From Patescibacteria group bacterium (lineage in GTDB: Bacteria > Patescibacteriota > Doudnabacteria > UBA920): a stretch of DNA of 53,486 nucleotides. Shown in pieces: positions 8,638 to 17,879 of this stretch (position 1 is the first letter of the stretch; every line of letters starts with the position of its first letter). The notes under the pieces were generated by a model. It was not told the DNA's origin. It saw only the letters and a list, made by a program, of their open reading frames with translations, and did no database searches. A program made the position numbers and the translations under genes. Location: positions 1 to 53,486 of the forward strand of contig JAMDAY010000035.1 in assembly GCA_023484515.1 (NCBI GenBank). The letters are read 5' to 3'.

Positions 8638-9570
8638 ATGGCAGTTACATCTGATCCATTTACAGCTACAGACCTTGCTGGAATGATCCCGGACCTTTGG
8701 GTCCCTTATGTGCTGGAAGAAAAGTTTGCGAAGTATGTCTTAGGGAATTTCGTGCGTGATTACACGATCTACGCACAAGACGGTGGCAACACCTTTGAAA
8801 TCCCGGATGTCTTCACTAACTCCTTCACCCCGCAGACACAATCCACGCAAGGCGCGGAAGTTACCACTGAATCCGTGGCGCAAGCCAAAGTTCAGTTGGC
8901 AATTAACACCCACAAATACATCGCTTTGTTGATCGGCGATAAGGACCAAGCCCAGCTTTGGAAATCCTACGACTTCAACGGCGTGTATGGCCGCAAGTGC
9001 GGATCCGCCCTTCACATTGTTTTGGAAGATGCCTTGACCGCATTGTGGTCCGGGCTTTCCACCAATTTGATCGGCGACACCGCCACGCAGCTAGTGGATG
9101 CTGAAATCCGTCAGGGCATCAACAAGCTTGCCACCGGCAAGTTTGATCTTCGCGAATGCGCCTTCTTCATCCATACCTATGTGTTTTGGGTGCAGTTGGC
9201 TTCCATAGCGAAGTATTACGATGCTTCCCAAAGCGGCCTGCTTGGCAAAGCCCAAAGCTTTGTCATTGACGGCAACTTTGGCCCGATGGATGCTAGCCGC
9301 GGCTTAACCGGCGCCCTTTATGGCATCTCAATGTTCACCACCCCGGAAATTGTTTCCGGCTTGCAGACTTACCGCAACTTACTGTTGCATAAGGATGCAC
9401 TCGGGTTTGGAACTCAAACCCCGGGCGGCAACATTGTCCGCATCCAAGCGGAAAACGCTATCCGAAACTTAGGTCTTTTGACCGTTTTGGACATCGTTTA
9501 CGGCGTAAAGGTTGTCCGCGAACCCGCTGCTGTGCTGTTAAATGCATCATCCGCCTTTATCGGATCTTAA
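8638..9570 (+). CDS. Major capsid protein (HK97 fold, P22-coat-like)
   Basis: IPDLW..., GNTFEIP, LAINTHKY, HKDALG, DIVYGVKVVR patterns; biased codon usage; follows scaffold. Confidence 0.82.
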   Translation: MAVTSDPFTATDLAGMIPDLWVPYVLEEKFAKYVLGNFVRDYTIYAQDGGNTFEIPDVFTNSFTPQTQSTQGAEVTTESVAQAKVQLAINTHKYIALLIGDKDQAQLWKSYDFNGVYGRKCGSALHIVLEDALTALWSGLSTNLIGDTATQLVDAEIRQGINKLATGKFDLRECAFFIHTYVFWVQLASIAKYYDASQSGLLGKAQSFVIDGNFGPMDASRGLTGALYGISMFTTPEIVSGLQTYRNLLLHKDALGFGTQTPGGNIVRIQAENAIRNLGLLTVLDIVYGVKVVREPAAVLLNASSAFIGS

Positions 9571-9673
9571 TTTAACCGGCTAATACGCTTACTTAGGCTA
9601 TTAGCCGTAGGAAGCCGAAATGTCATCCGGCCCTGAATCTAGGTGTTTGGGGCCGGAAGACAGGCAAAATTAT

Positions 9674-10267
9674 ATGGCAAAACAAGGAATATTTGATACA
9701 TCAAGTGATACGCATCAGCTTGTTCACAAAAAGCTGGTTTTAGGTAAAATAGACGATCCGCAACCGGTATTTTTTTATCAGCGCCGGGATGGGTCGGTTT
9801 TTAGTTGCGGGGAAGACGAAGCTTTTACGGTCCACGAATTTTATATTACTTACGGCGGCTTTGTCGGTAGAAGCGATGGCCGGACTTCGCACGAAGCTTT
9901 ATTGAAACTCAAAGAATGGCAGGATGGGGAAATAGGCAAGTTGCATTTGAAACTGCGCGGGGCTAAGTCCAAGATCCGCCGGCTGGAACGAAAAAATAAG
10001 CTGACCAAAAAAGAAGAAGCGGAACTGGACGAACTTTATGACTTGGATGAAAACTTTGACGAACACGTGGAAAAAATCGTGGACAAGGTCAAAGCCGGCA
10101 TATCTGAAGCATGGAAAGCGGAATTGAAAGCGGCAAGGGGTAATTTTATTCCGCCGCAGGATTTATCTGTTATTGGCGGCGGTCAGACTGTCGGATCGGA
10201 CGGCAGGATGCTAAGCAGCAGGCAATTTTTTGGCTTAGGCGGCCTTAAAAACATTAACTTGAACTGA
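9674..10267 (+). CDS. Phage hypothetical protein (coiled coil)
   Basis: Likely ATG at 9674 after two intergenic hairpins. Confidence 0.55.
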   Translation: MAKQGIFDTSSDTHQLVHKKLVLGKIDDPQPVFFYQRRDGSVFSCGEDEAFTVHEFYITYGGFVGRSDGRTSHEALLKLKEWQDGEIGKLHLKLRGAKSKIRRLERKNKLTKKEEAELDELYDLDENFDEHVEKIVDKVKAGISEAWKAELKAARGNFIPPQDLSVIGGGQTVGSDGRMLSSRQFFGLGGLKNINLN

Positions 10268-10268
10268 C

Positions 10269-10697
10269 ATGCAAAAGACGGCTGAACGCAGGCTTGAACA
10301 CATCGGCGCGCAAATTCCGCAAAGGCTTTTAGGCCGGGCCATAGACAATAAGGGCGGCGAAGAAAAAGAAATTGTGGATGATATTTTAAAAAATAAGCGC
10401 GTGCCGGAAAAGCTGAAAAAAACCTTAACGGACCTGCGGGACAACAAAAAAGCCTTTAATACCGAATACAGGGAAGAAAATTTGGAAGTTAAAGCCGAAT
10501 TGGACCGGTTTGTGGGTAAGCGCGTGGCACACGAAATCCGCGTTGGCAGGCTTACCCCGGCAGATCCGAATGATCCGTTTTTGCGCAAAGTGCGGAAATT
10601 AACGCGCGGCAAGCCACCGGCCCGGGAACGCCTGTGGAAGCCGGCAGCGCCAACTAGCAATTTGCCGCCTTCAATGCGCGGATTGGGGAAAGTATGA
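10269..10697 (+). CDS. Basic hypothetical protein
   Basis: Tightly packed ORF. Confidence 0.55.
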   Translation: MQKTAERRLEHIGAQIPQRLLGRAIDNKGGEEKEIVDDILKNKRVPEKLKKTLTDLRDNKKAFNTEYREENLEVKAELDRFVGKRVAHEIRVGRLTPADPNDPFLRKVRKLTRGKPPARERLWKPAAPTSNLPPSMRGLGKV

Positions 10698-11164
10698 AAA
10701 ATATATTATTTAAAGCACATAATATCAAAGGCGAAAATAGAAATTGCGTAGTTTGTGGCAATAAATTTTGGGCGTATCGCTACAGAATTAAGCAAGGGCG
10801 TGGCAAAGTTTGTAGCCATGAGTGTGCTAATAAATATCAATTAGGTCAGCACCATAGTCAAAAAACAGAATTTAAAATAGGCAACATTCCGGCCAAGCGA
10901 GAATATCCACGGGGAATCAGCCACCCGAATTGGATGGGGCAAAAAGTTGGATATTTTGCTTTACATCTATGGGTTACAAAATGGCGTGGCAAGCCTAAAA
11001 AGTGCGAACATTGCGGATTAGAAGGTAAAAAAGTCGGTAGGCGATGGAATATAGAATGGGCTAATATTGATAGAAAATATCGGCGTTGTTTAAAAGATTT
11101 TATAGCCTTATGCAAAAGTTGCCACACTATTTATGATAACAATCTTATAAGGCAATGCGGATAA
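10694..11164 (+). CDS. Zinc-finger / HNH-like endonuclease
   Basis: CxxC pairs, HPNWMG, GYFALHLWV, LCKSCH; more AT-rich than neighbours. Confidence 0.6.
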   Translation: MKNILFKAHNIKGENRNCVVCGNKFWAYRYRIKQGRGKVCSHECANKYQLGQHHSQKTEFKIGNIPAKREYPRGISHPNWMGQKVGYFALHLWVTKWRGKPKKCEHCGLEGKKVGRRWNIEWANIDRKYRRCLKDFIALCKSCHTIYDNNLIRQCG

Positions 11165-11889
11165 TAGGCTTCATGGTAGTGGGTAAGGGCGAGGCTGATC
11201 GCTATCTTGAAGGATCATTAAAGGAATTTAAGCGTCTATGCGATGACGCAATAATCTGCGGAAACAACACCGATGCCAAAACCGAAAAACTTATCAAAAA
11301 ATACGGATATTGGTTTTACAGGGATGATCGCGAATGGGGTTATAATCAACCTCTTATTAAGACCGATTTACTGCGCCGTATTGGTAATCTATCGCCTGAC
11401 TGGATCGTGGCGTTGGATGCAGACGAAAGGTTTGCACCAGAATTTACGCGGCGTGAAGCGGAGGCTTTGGCGAACAGTGGCGAAATCGCCTTCCACTTCC
11501 TTATTGTCAATCTCTACAACGACGAACAGCACTTCGCGCATGACACAGGGATCCAAAGATTTTGGAATGTAAGGTTTTATAAGTTTTTGCCGCAGTATGG
11601 TTTGGAGTTTCAAAAGACCAATCTGCACTGTGGTTTAGGTCCGCCCATTGCCTATAGCCACGGCTGGCACGCGCCTTATTACGTTTTGCACTACGGATTA
11701 ATGAAACCAAAAGACAGGCAGGCAAAAGCGGAAAGATACAAAAAATACGACAAGCGGGACATGAAGCCGGCATATTACGCGGATTTGGAAAGGGATTTAA
11801 AAATGCATCCGTTTAATCCGGAAAAATTATTAAAGCAGTTGGCAGAAAGTCCGGACTGCCAAACAAGAAACGAGAGGCCACAATTATGA
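11155..11889 (+). CDS. GT2-like (GT-A) glycosyltransferase
   Basis: WIVALDADE DxD motif, HYG. Confidence 0.75.
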   Translation: MRIIGFMVVGKGEADRYLEGSLKEFKRLCDDAIICGNNTDAKTEKLIKKYGYWFYRDDREWGYNQPLIKTDLLRRIGNLSPDWIVALDADERFAPEFTRREAEALANSGEIAFHFLIVNLYNDEQHFAHDTGIQRFWNVRFYKFLPQYGLEFQKTNLHCGLGPPIAYSHGWHAPYYVLHYGLMKPKDRQAKAERYKKYDKRDMKPAYYADLERDLKMHPFNPEKLLKQLAESPDCQTRNERPQL

Positions 11890-12173
11890 TTAAAGGCGAA
11901 AGAAAAGAATACAGCAAAACCAAATTCGTCTATGTCCGGCGCCTGCTTGACGGGCAGCTTTTGGACATGAGCGAGTGGGACTGGTATGAAAATATCTGCA
12001 ATAAAAACGAATTTCAGTTTATAGGATATGTCGGCGATGTGCAGCAGACAGTCAATGAGCCGCCAAAATTCTTTGCGCCCGGGGATACGGCGATGCACGC
12101 CTGTCCTTTGTGCGGCAAAACCTATAAGACTGAAAAGCTGTTAAAGACGCACCGCGAAAAAGCCCATGCCTAA
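11886..12173 (+). CDS. Small protein with C-terminal C2H2 zinc finger
   Basis: CPLCGKTYKTEKLLKTHREKAH. Confidence 0.6.
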   Translation: MIKGERKEYSKTKFVYVRRLLDGQLLDMSEWDWYENICNKNEFQFIGYVGDVQQTVNEPPKFFAPGDTAMHACPLCGKTYKTEKLLKTHREKAHA

Positions 12174-13092
12174 AATCCTTTACATCGGATCATTTCAAAG
12201 GCTGTGGGATGAAGAAGGAATTGCGCAGGCTTTGGAAGCGGCCGGCTGCAAAGTATTTAGGATGGAAGAAAACAGCTTTAAATTTTCCGTGGCTAAGGAT
12301 TTGCTGGATTTGGAAAAGCCAGATTTGGTGATGTGGGCCAAGCTGAAAATAGATCCGCGGATCCGCTATTTCTTTTTGCAGCACCTTGAACAGTTAAACT
12401 TTACCACTGCCTGCTATTTGCCGGATCTGTATTGGGGGCTGACAAGGCAGTGGAAAGCTCAAAGGAAAGAGCCGCCATTTAGATGCACTTACGCTTTTAC
12501 CCCGGACGGCGGACACGATCAGGACTGGAAAGAATCAGGTATCAGGCATTTTACCATCAGGCAGGGTATTGCCAAAGATTTCTGTTATTTAGCCAAGCCG
12601 GAAAAAAAATACAGCTTTGACGTGGTATTTGTAGGATCAATGAACGGGGAATACCCTTACCGGCAAAGGCTGATTGAATGGCTTAGGAAAGAATACCCGG
12701 GCAAATTCAAATGGATTGGCAAAGGCGAAGAACAGGAAATCCGCGGACACGAATTAAACAAGCTATATGCATCCTGCAAAGTGGTTATTGGCGAATCAGT
12801 CTATTCCCCTTTTTACTGGTCAAACCGGATTTACGAAACCATTGGCCGCGGCGGGTTTATCATCCATCCGACGGTGCCGGGACTGGACAGCGAATACGAA
12901 CCCTATAAGCATTTTGTGCCTTACTTCCACAATGATTTTGACGGTTTAAAAGAAAAAATCAATTACTTTTTAACACACGAAACCAAACGCAAAAAAATCG
13001 CATTAGCCGGGTTTGAACATACTAAAACGCATCACACTTTGGATTATAGAATTAAGCAATTATTGGATGTTTTACGATTACCACACAACTAA
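12166..13092 (+). CDS. GT-B glycosyltransferase (CgeB/Glyco_trans_1_2-like)
   Basis: DVVFVGS, YASCKVVIG, YWSNRIYETIGRGGF, HTLDYR. Confidence 0.82.
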   Translation: MPKILYIGSFQRLWDEEGIAQALEAAGCKVFRMEENSFKFSVAKDLLDLEKPDLVMWAKLKIDPRIRYFFLQHLEQLNFTTACYLPDLYWGLTRQWKAQRKEPPFRCTYAFTPDGGHDQDWKESGIRHFTIRQGIAKDFCYLAKPEKKYSFDVVFVGSMNGEYPYRQRLIEWLRKEYPGKFKWIGKGEEQEIRGHELNKLYASCKVVIGESVYSPFYWSNRIYETIGRGGFIIHPTVPGLDSEYEPYKHFVPYFHNDFDGLKEKINYFLTHETKRKKIALAGFEHTKTHHTLDYRIKQLLDVLRLPHN

Positions 13093-13093
13093 G

Positions 13094-14176
13094 ATGGCAG
13101 AACGGGAAAAGCTTTTGGAAGGCAACCGCCCGTTTAAATGGGTGGAAGTTAAACCAACTGATATTTTAAAAGTGGATGATGATAAAGACCGCGGCAAAAG
13201 CATTATTTGGGATCAAGACTATGATAGCTTTTACGAAAATGTTTTTAATTCCATGACTGAAACGCTGCGGCAATACGATGAAAACCCGCAGATCAGGCCG
13301 GTGGATACGTTTTATTTTCAAAAATGGCGCAAATTAAAAGGCGATGCGGATATGGCGATGCGCACACAGCAGTTTTTTGAACTTTATGAATCCATCAAAG
13401 CCAAAGGTTTTGACCCGGAAGCCGGCAATTTTGCCGGTGGCATCTGCGTAGAGCAGACTGGCGAAAGGCTGGACGGATCGCACAGGACGGCAATTTTAAT
13501 TCATTTAGGCATTGAAAAAGTTAAGGTCAAACAATTTGCTTTTAACTGGCAGGATATTGATGAAGATTTTATTTGCCGGAAATTAAAAGCGCGGGAATTA
13601 GGCATTGGCCCAAATTATTATTTTATAGATTACGGCAATTTCACCAATTTGCCGGCAAGCGTGCATCCGACTTACAAAGAAAATGCCGCGCCGCGATGGG
13701 AACTGCTGGAAAATTTAATTAAGCCACAGGGCAAAGTAATTTTGGATCTAGGCTGTAACGAAGGTTATTTGTCCATCATGGCGGCAAAGACGGCCAAGCG
13801 GGTGATTGGTTATGACTATTCTTACATTGATGGGGCCAATACCAATAAGCTGATTTTTGAATATTTAGCACAAAGAGATTTGCCGGTGGAATTTGTGGAA
13901 GCGGATATTTCTGATGTAGTTTTTCCAGTTTGTGATACTGCGCTTTTGCTTAATGCGATTTACCATTTGCCGCGGCCAAAGCAGATCCCGATGCTGTTTA
14001 GGCTGCACCAGAAATGCAAGCATTTGGTGGTGCAGTGCAATTTAAGGAAAGCGCACGTTCGGGAAGAATATTTTGGATCGCACCCGGAAGATATGAAAAA
14101 GCTTTTAGAAGCTGCCGGCTGGAAGGTGAAGGAAGAAATCCAGTGGCTTGATAAACCAGTAATTATTGCCGTATGA
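13094..14176 (+). CDS. ParB/Srx-like domain fused to class I SAM methyltransferase
   Basis: LDGSHR in N-half; ILDLGCNEGYLS and NAIYHL in C-half; likely ATG at 13094. Confidence 0.72.
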   Translation: MAEREKLLEGNRPFKWVEVKPTDILKVDDDKDRGKSIIWDQDYDSFYENVFNSMTETLRQYDENPQIRPVDTFYFQKWRKLKGDADMAMRTQQFFELYESIKAKGFDPEAGNFAGGICVEQTGERLDGSHRTAILIHLGIEKVKVKQFAFNWQDIDEDFICRKLKARELGIGPNYYFIDYGNFTNLPASVHPTYKENAAPRWELLENLIKPQGKVILDLGCNEGYLSIMAAKTAKRVIGYDYSYIDGANTNKLIFEYLAQRDLPVEFVEADISDVVFPVCDTALLLNAIYHLPRPKQIPMLFRLHQKCKHLVVQCNLRKAHVREEYFGSHPEDMKKLLEAAGWKVKEEIQWLDKPVIIAV

Positions 14177-14655
14177 AACGCGAAGTAGATAAATTGGAAT
14201 TTTGGAAGGAACGGCTTGATACGGCGCCGGCCGGGTATCCGCATTATTCAGTTTACGTGGCAAACACTACGCTTTGGAAGTTTATTGAAAAGAACCACCA
14301 GAAAATAATTAAGCAGCACATGACGGTGAAGGACAAGGTTTTGGATGCCGGATGCGGTTACGGCCGGGCCAGCGAATTTTTGCCGGCAGACTATACGGGC
14401 GTGGATTTTTCCCCGGACTTTATTAATAAGGCAAAGGAACTGTATCCGGACAAGGCTTTTATTCAGGCGGACTTAAAGCAACTGCCGTTTGCGGATAACA
14501 GCTTTGATTGGGCGGTTTGCATATCCATCAGGCACATGATAGTTGGTAATTTGGGGCAGGATGCATGGCTGCCGATGCAGCAGGAATTAAAGCGCGTGGC
14601 AAAAAAGGTTTTAATTTTGGAATACGAAGATTCATCAATTTACGAAATTTTATGA
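14173..14655 (+). CDS. Class I SAM-dependent methyltransferase
   Basis: VLDAGCGYGR, GVDFS, LPFADNSFD. Confidence 0.85.
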   Translation: MKREVDKLEFWKERLDTAPAGYPHYSVYVANTTLWKFIEKNHQKIIKQHMTVKDKVLDAGCGYGRASEFLPADYTGVDFSPDFINKAKELYPDKAFIQADLKQLPFADNSFDWAVCISIRHMIVGNLGQDAWLPMQQELKRVAKKVLILEYEDSSIYEIL

Positions 14656-15146
14656 TTGATATTAACACATTACCCGAAGGTTGGCTGGATCAGGAAGAAG
14701 CGGATTTGCTTTTGAAGTGGGCGGAAAAGACCAAAGGGCCGATTGTGGAAATTGGCAGCTATAAGGGAAGGTCCGCGGCGCTGCTTGCCGGCTTGAACCG
14801 CTGGCTGATTTGCGTGGATAGTTGGCAGGATTACGAAGGGCAAAAAGGCGAAGAAATTTATAAAACATTTTTGGAAAATACCAAAGGATATTTAAACATT
14901 GAGCCAGTCAGATGCAGGGCGGAAGACTGGCAGCCGGTGGAATCGGAATTTGTGTATATTGACGGGGATCACAGTTTTGAAGGAACTAAGGCGGCTATTG
15001 AAAAAGCTTTGCAATGCCATCCCAAATATATTGCCGGACATGATTATTACCGGACTTCGGACGGCTTAAACGTTATGAAAGCTTTTGATCAATTTTTTGC
15101 CAGACCTGTAGCGCAGGCCGGCAAGATGGCAATCTTTCAATTATGA
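14652..15146 (+). CDS. Methyltransferase (Methyltransf_24-like)
   Basis: VEIGSYKGRS, YIDGDHSFE, GHDY; ATGA overlap at 14652. Confidence 0.85.
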   Translation: MIDINTLPEGWLDQEEADLLLKWAEKTKGPIVEIGSYKGRSAALLAGLNRWLICVDSWQDYEGQKGEEIYKTFLENTKGYLNIEPVRCRAEDWQPVESEFVYIDGDHSFEGTKAAIEKALQCHPKYIAGHDYYRTSDGLNVMKAFDQFFARPVAQAGKMAIFQL

Positions 15147-15856
15147 AAATAGGGATATTTACAGCAATTTGCGATAGGGATTTTAATTGGGTGCCGCAGT
15201 TTATGAAGCAGGCGGAAATTTTGCAGTATCCGGTGGCGTGGTATGCGGACAGGCTATTGCCGGAAAATCTTGTAGTGCTGAAAAATTGGAAGCTGACGGT
15301 TGGCATAGTTGAGGGCAAGGACCAATTCAGCGAAAAATCCAAAGAAAAAGCCTTTAACCTTTTAACCGGTTTTGATTGGGCTATCCAGATGGACATTGAT
15401 GAAACTTGGCAGGATGGCGCCAAAGAAATCATTGAAAAGACTTTAGCGGAAAATCCCGGGCATCAGGGCTATTGCCCGATGATCACCGTGGCAAGAAGGG
15501 ATGACAAACTTTACCGCCGGATGGATGATTATTTTTTAAAGGGCAAGGAATCGGGGCGGGAAAGAATTTATAACTTACAGGAAGAATGACACTGGATAGA
15601 TCCGATTACCTGCGGCGCTTACCGGTTTGTCAAAGGCGCGCCGACTTATGACGTAAAGCTTTTTCAGTGTTCGGCCGCTTCCGTGCATTGGGGTTACTGG
15701 ACGCTGGAACTGTGCGATGACCATAAAGCAAAGTGGTTGGATATTTGGGTAAAAACATGGGGATCCCGGCCGTATGCCACTTATGACATGCTGACTGACC
15801 GGGAATATCAGTTTAAAATGGAAGTTTTGGACCCGATTTATTTTAGGCATTTATGA
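15143..15856 (+). pseudogene. GT2-like glycosyltransferase interrupted by in-frame TGA at 15587-15589
   Basis: QMDIDE DxD motif; the frame stays open 88 codons past the TGA (HWIDPITCG...HWGY...) to a stop overlapping ATG 15853. Confidence 0.75.
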
Positions 15857-15967
15857 AATTTCGCCGACACCACAATAACAAAGGCAGCAAGCAGATCCGC
15901 AGCGGCAAGACTCGGGTGCAGGTATTTTATATGGTGAAGAAATATTTTCCGCATTTAATACACAAAC

Positions 15968-16882
15968 ATGAAACCAACGTTAGGGCTGATAGCACGGGCG
16001 GACAATTCGGGCTTAGGGAACATGTCATGGGAACTGGCCCGGCACATTAAATTTGACCAGATCCAGATCGTTTCCAATGGCCGCTATAAGCGCTATCCAG
16101 ACCGCTTTTACAACCTTGTAGGCCGCTTGACGACAGATATTACCATTGCCATAGAAACGCCTTACCAAAGCGAATTTTGGCACGGTAAACGGGTTTTAAT
16201 TCCCATGTATGAATGCACCAACCCGGGAATAATCAGGCAGGCGGATAAGATCATAACCGTATCGCTTTTGGACAAACAATTCTATCCGGATTCCGTATTC
16301 TTGCCGTGGCCTATTGCTTTAGACCGGATTCCCTACAGGCGGCGCAGCAGGTTGAAAACCTTGATTCACAATGCCGGGCATGGCGGCCTAAACGGCAGAA
16401 ACGGCACCGCGGAATTGGTGAAAGCAATGGATCTTGTAAAATCTGACGTGAAGCTGATCATCAACAGCCAGATTCCGATCGAAAACAGCAATCCGAGAAT
16501 CGAAGTCATCGTGGGCGATTACGAAAATTACTGGCAGATTTGGGGGCAAGGTGACGCGTTCATTTTTCCGGAAAAGTTTAACGGTTTGTCGTTACCAATT
16601 CAGGAAGCGATGGCAGCAGGCTATCCGATCATTTCCACAAACCGCTTTCCGTTCAATGCCTACTTGCCAAAAAAGCTCTTGATCCCGGTAGCCAGATACA
16701 GGCGGCAGTTTATTGGCACCGCGTTCGATGCCGCGGAAGTGCTGCCGGCAGACATTGCCAATACGATCGATCGGCTGGCCGGCAAGAACCTGTCAAAGTA
16801 TTCCGATGAAATGCACTGGCTGTCGCAAATGTATTCATGGGAAAAATTAAAAACACAATGGGAAAGGGAACTTTATGGCTAA
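15968..16882 (+). CDS. GT4-family glycosyltransferase
   Basis: DNSGLG; FIFPEKFNGLSLPIQEAMAAGYPIIST. Confidence 0.85.
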   Translation: MKPTLGLIARADNSGLGNMSWELARHIKFDQIQIVSNGRYKRYPDRFYNLVGRLTTDITIAIETPYQSEFWHGKRVLIPMYECTNPGIIRQADKIITVSLLDKQFYPDSVFLPWPIALDRIPYRRRSRLKTLIHNAGHGGLNGRNGTAELVKAMDLVKSDVKLIINSQIPIENSNPRIEVIVGDYENYWQIWGQGDAFIFPEKFNGLSLPIQEAMAAGYPIISTNRFPFNAYLPKKLLIPVARYRRQFIGTAFDAAEVLPADIANTIDRLAGKNLSKYSDEMHWLSQMYSWEKLKTQWERELYG

Positions 16883-17879
16883 ATATAAATTTCAAAAGCG
16901 GTATTGTGTGATTGGTGGCGCTGGTTTTTTAGGTAGCCACCTTGTAGATCACTTAATCAATGAAGGGCATTTTGTTTTGGTGCTGGATAACCTTATAACA
17001 GGCCAAAAGAAATTTTTAAATAATAGCTCAAGGTGCCAATTTATTTACTGCGACATTACCCATTCGGAAGAACAGCTACGAAAGATTTTTGTTGAACACC
17101 AAATAGAATATGTATTTAACTACGCGGCTGAACCTTACATTCCGCTGTCTTTTCAGCGGCCGCTGCACGTGTTTGACATTAATGCCCGGGGCGCGCTGAT
17201 GGTGATGAACGCGGCGCAGGAAGCCGGGGTAAAGCGAATCCTGCAAATATCAAGTGCGGAAATTTACGGGGATGCGCCGGACCATAGAATTAACGAAGAA
17301 TATCCGGCAAGGCCGCATTCCACTTATGGGGCGGCCAAGCTGGCAATCGATTGCTTAGTGCAGGCTAGGTTTAAGGAAGCCGGCACGCCGGTAATTGCGC
17401 TGCGGCAATTTAACTGTGTTGGCGAACGGGAAAGCCATCCTTACGTGATTCCGGAAATTATTCAACAAATCGCTAATTGGAAAAAAAATCAATCGGCTTT
17501 TAATGGTGGTTCAAGCCCTAGAATTTGCGATGTCAGTTTAGGCAATAATTCTTTTAGAGATTTCCAGTATGCCGGTGACGCCGTGCGCATGGCTGTGGAC
17601 TTGCTGCATAACGGTCAGTCCGGCGAAGTATATAACATGGGAAGCGAAGAAGGAATTAAAATTTATGATTTGGCTGTCCTAATTGGCAAATTGATGGACG
17701 TGGAAGTAAGAGTGCAACCAGATCAAAAGCGTGTCAGGCCGTGGGAAATCTGGCATTTGCAGTCAGACAATACCAAGCTGTATTCGGTCATTAAAACAAG
17801 GCCAACTGTCAGCTTAAAAGAAGCATTAAAGAAAACTATTGAATATTTTTATGCAAACGGTCACAAATGGGATTTTTAA
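16875..17879 (+). CDS. NAD-dependent nucleotide-sugar epimerase/4,6-dehydratase (extended SDR)
   Basis: GGAGFLGSH, SSAEIYG, YGAAK, RDFQY. Confidence 0.92.
   Translation: MAKYKFQKRYCVIGGAGFLGSHLVDHLINEGHFVLVLDNLITGQKKFLNNSSRCQFIYCDITHSEEQLRKIFVEHQIEYVFNYAAEPYIPLSFQRPLHVFDINARGALMVMNAAQEAGVKRILQISSAEIYGDAPDHRINEEYPARPHSTYGAAKLAIDCLVQARFKEAGTPVIALRQFNCVGERESHPYVIPEIIQQIANWKKNQSAFNGGSSPRICDVSLGNNSFRDFQYAGDAVRMAVDLLHNGQSGEVYNMGSEEGIKIYDLAVLIGKLMDVEVRVQPDQKRVRPWEIWHLQSDNTKLYSVIKTRPTVSLKEALKKTIEYFYANGHKWDF

Noticed and set aside
580-15856. Phage-wide TGA recoding (code 4/25), suggested by TGA at 970-972 and 15587-15589
   Set aside because: Many genes end at TGA in tight ATGA overlaps with the next start (4704, 6964, 10694, 11886, 14173, 14652, 15143, 18849, 21011), which shows TGA is a normal stop
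15853-16050. 65-aa ORF as a confident gene
   Set aside because: It has an ATGA overlap upstream but overlaps the GT4 gene by 83 bp and has no recognisable motif; left uncalled
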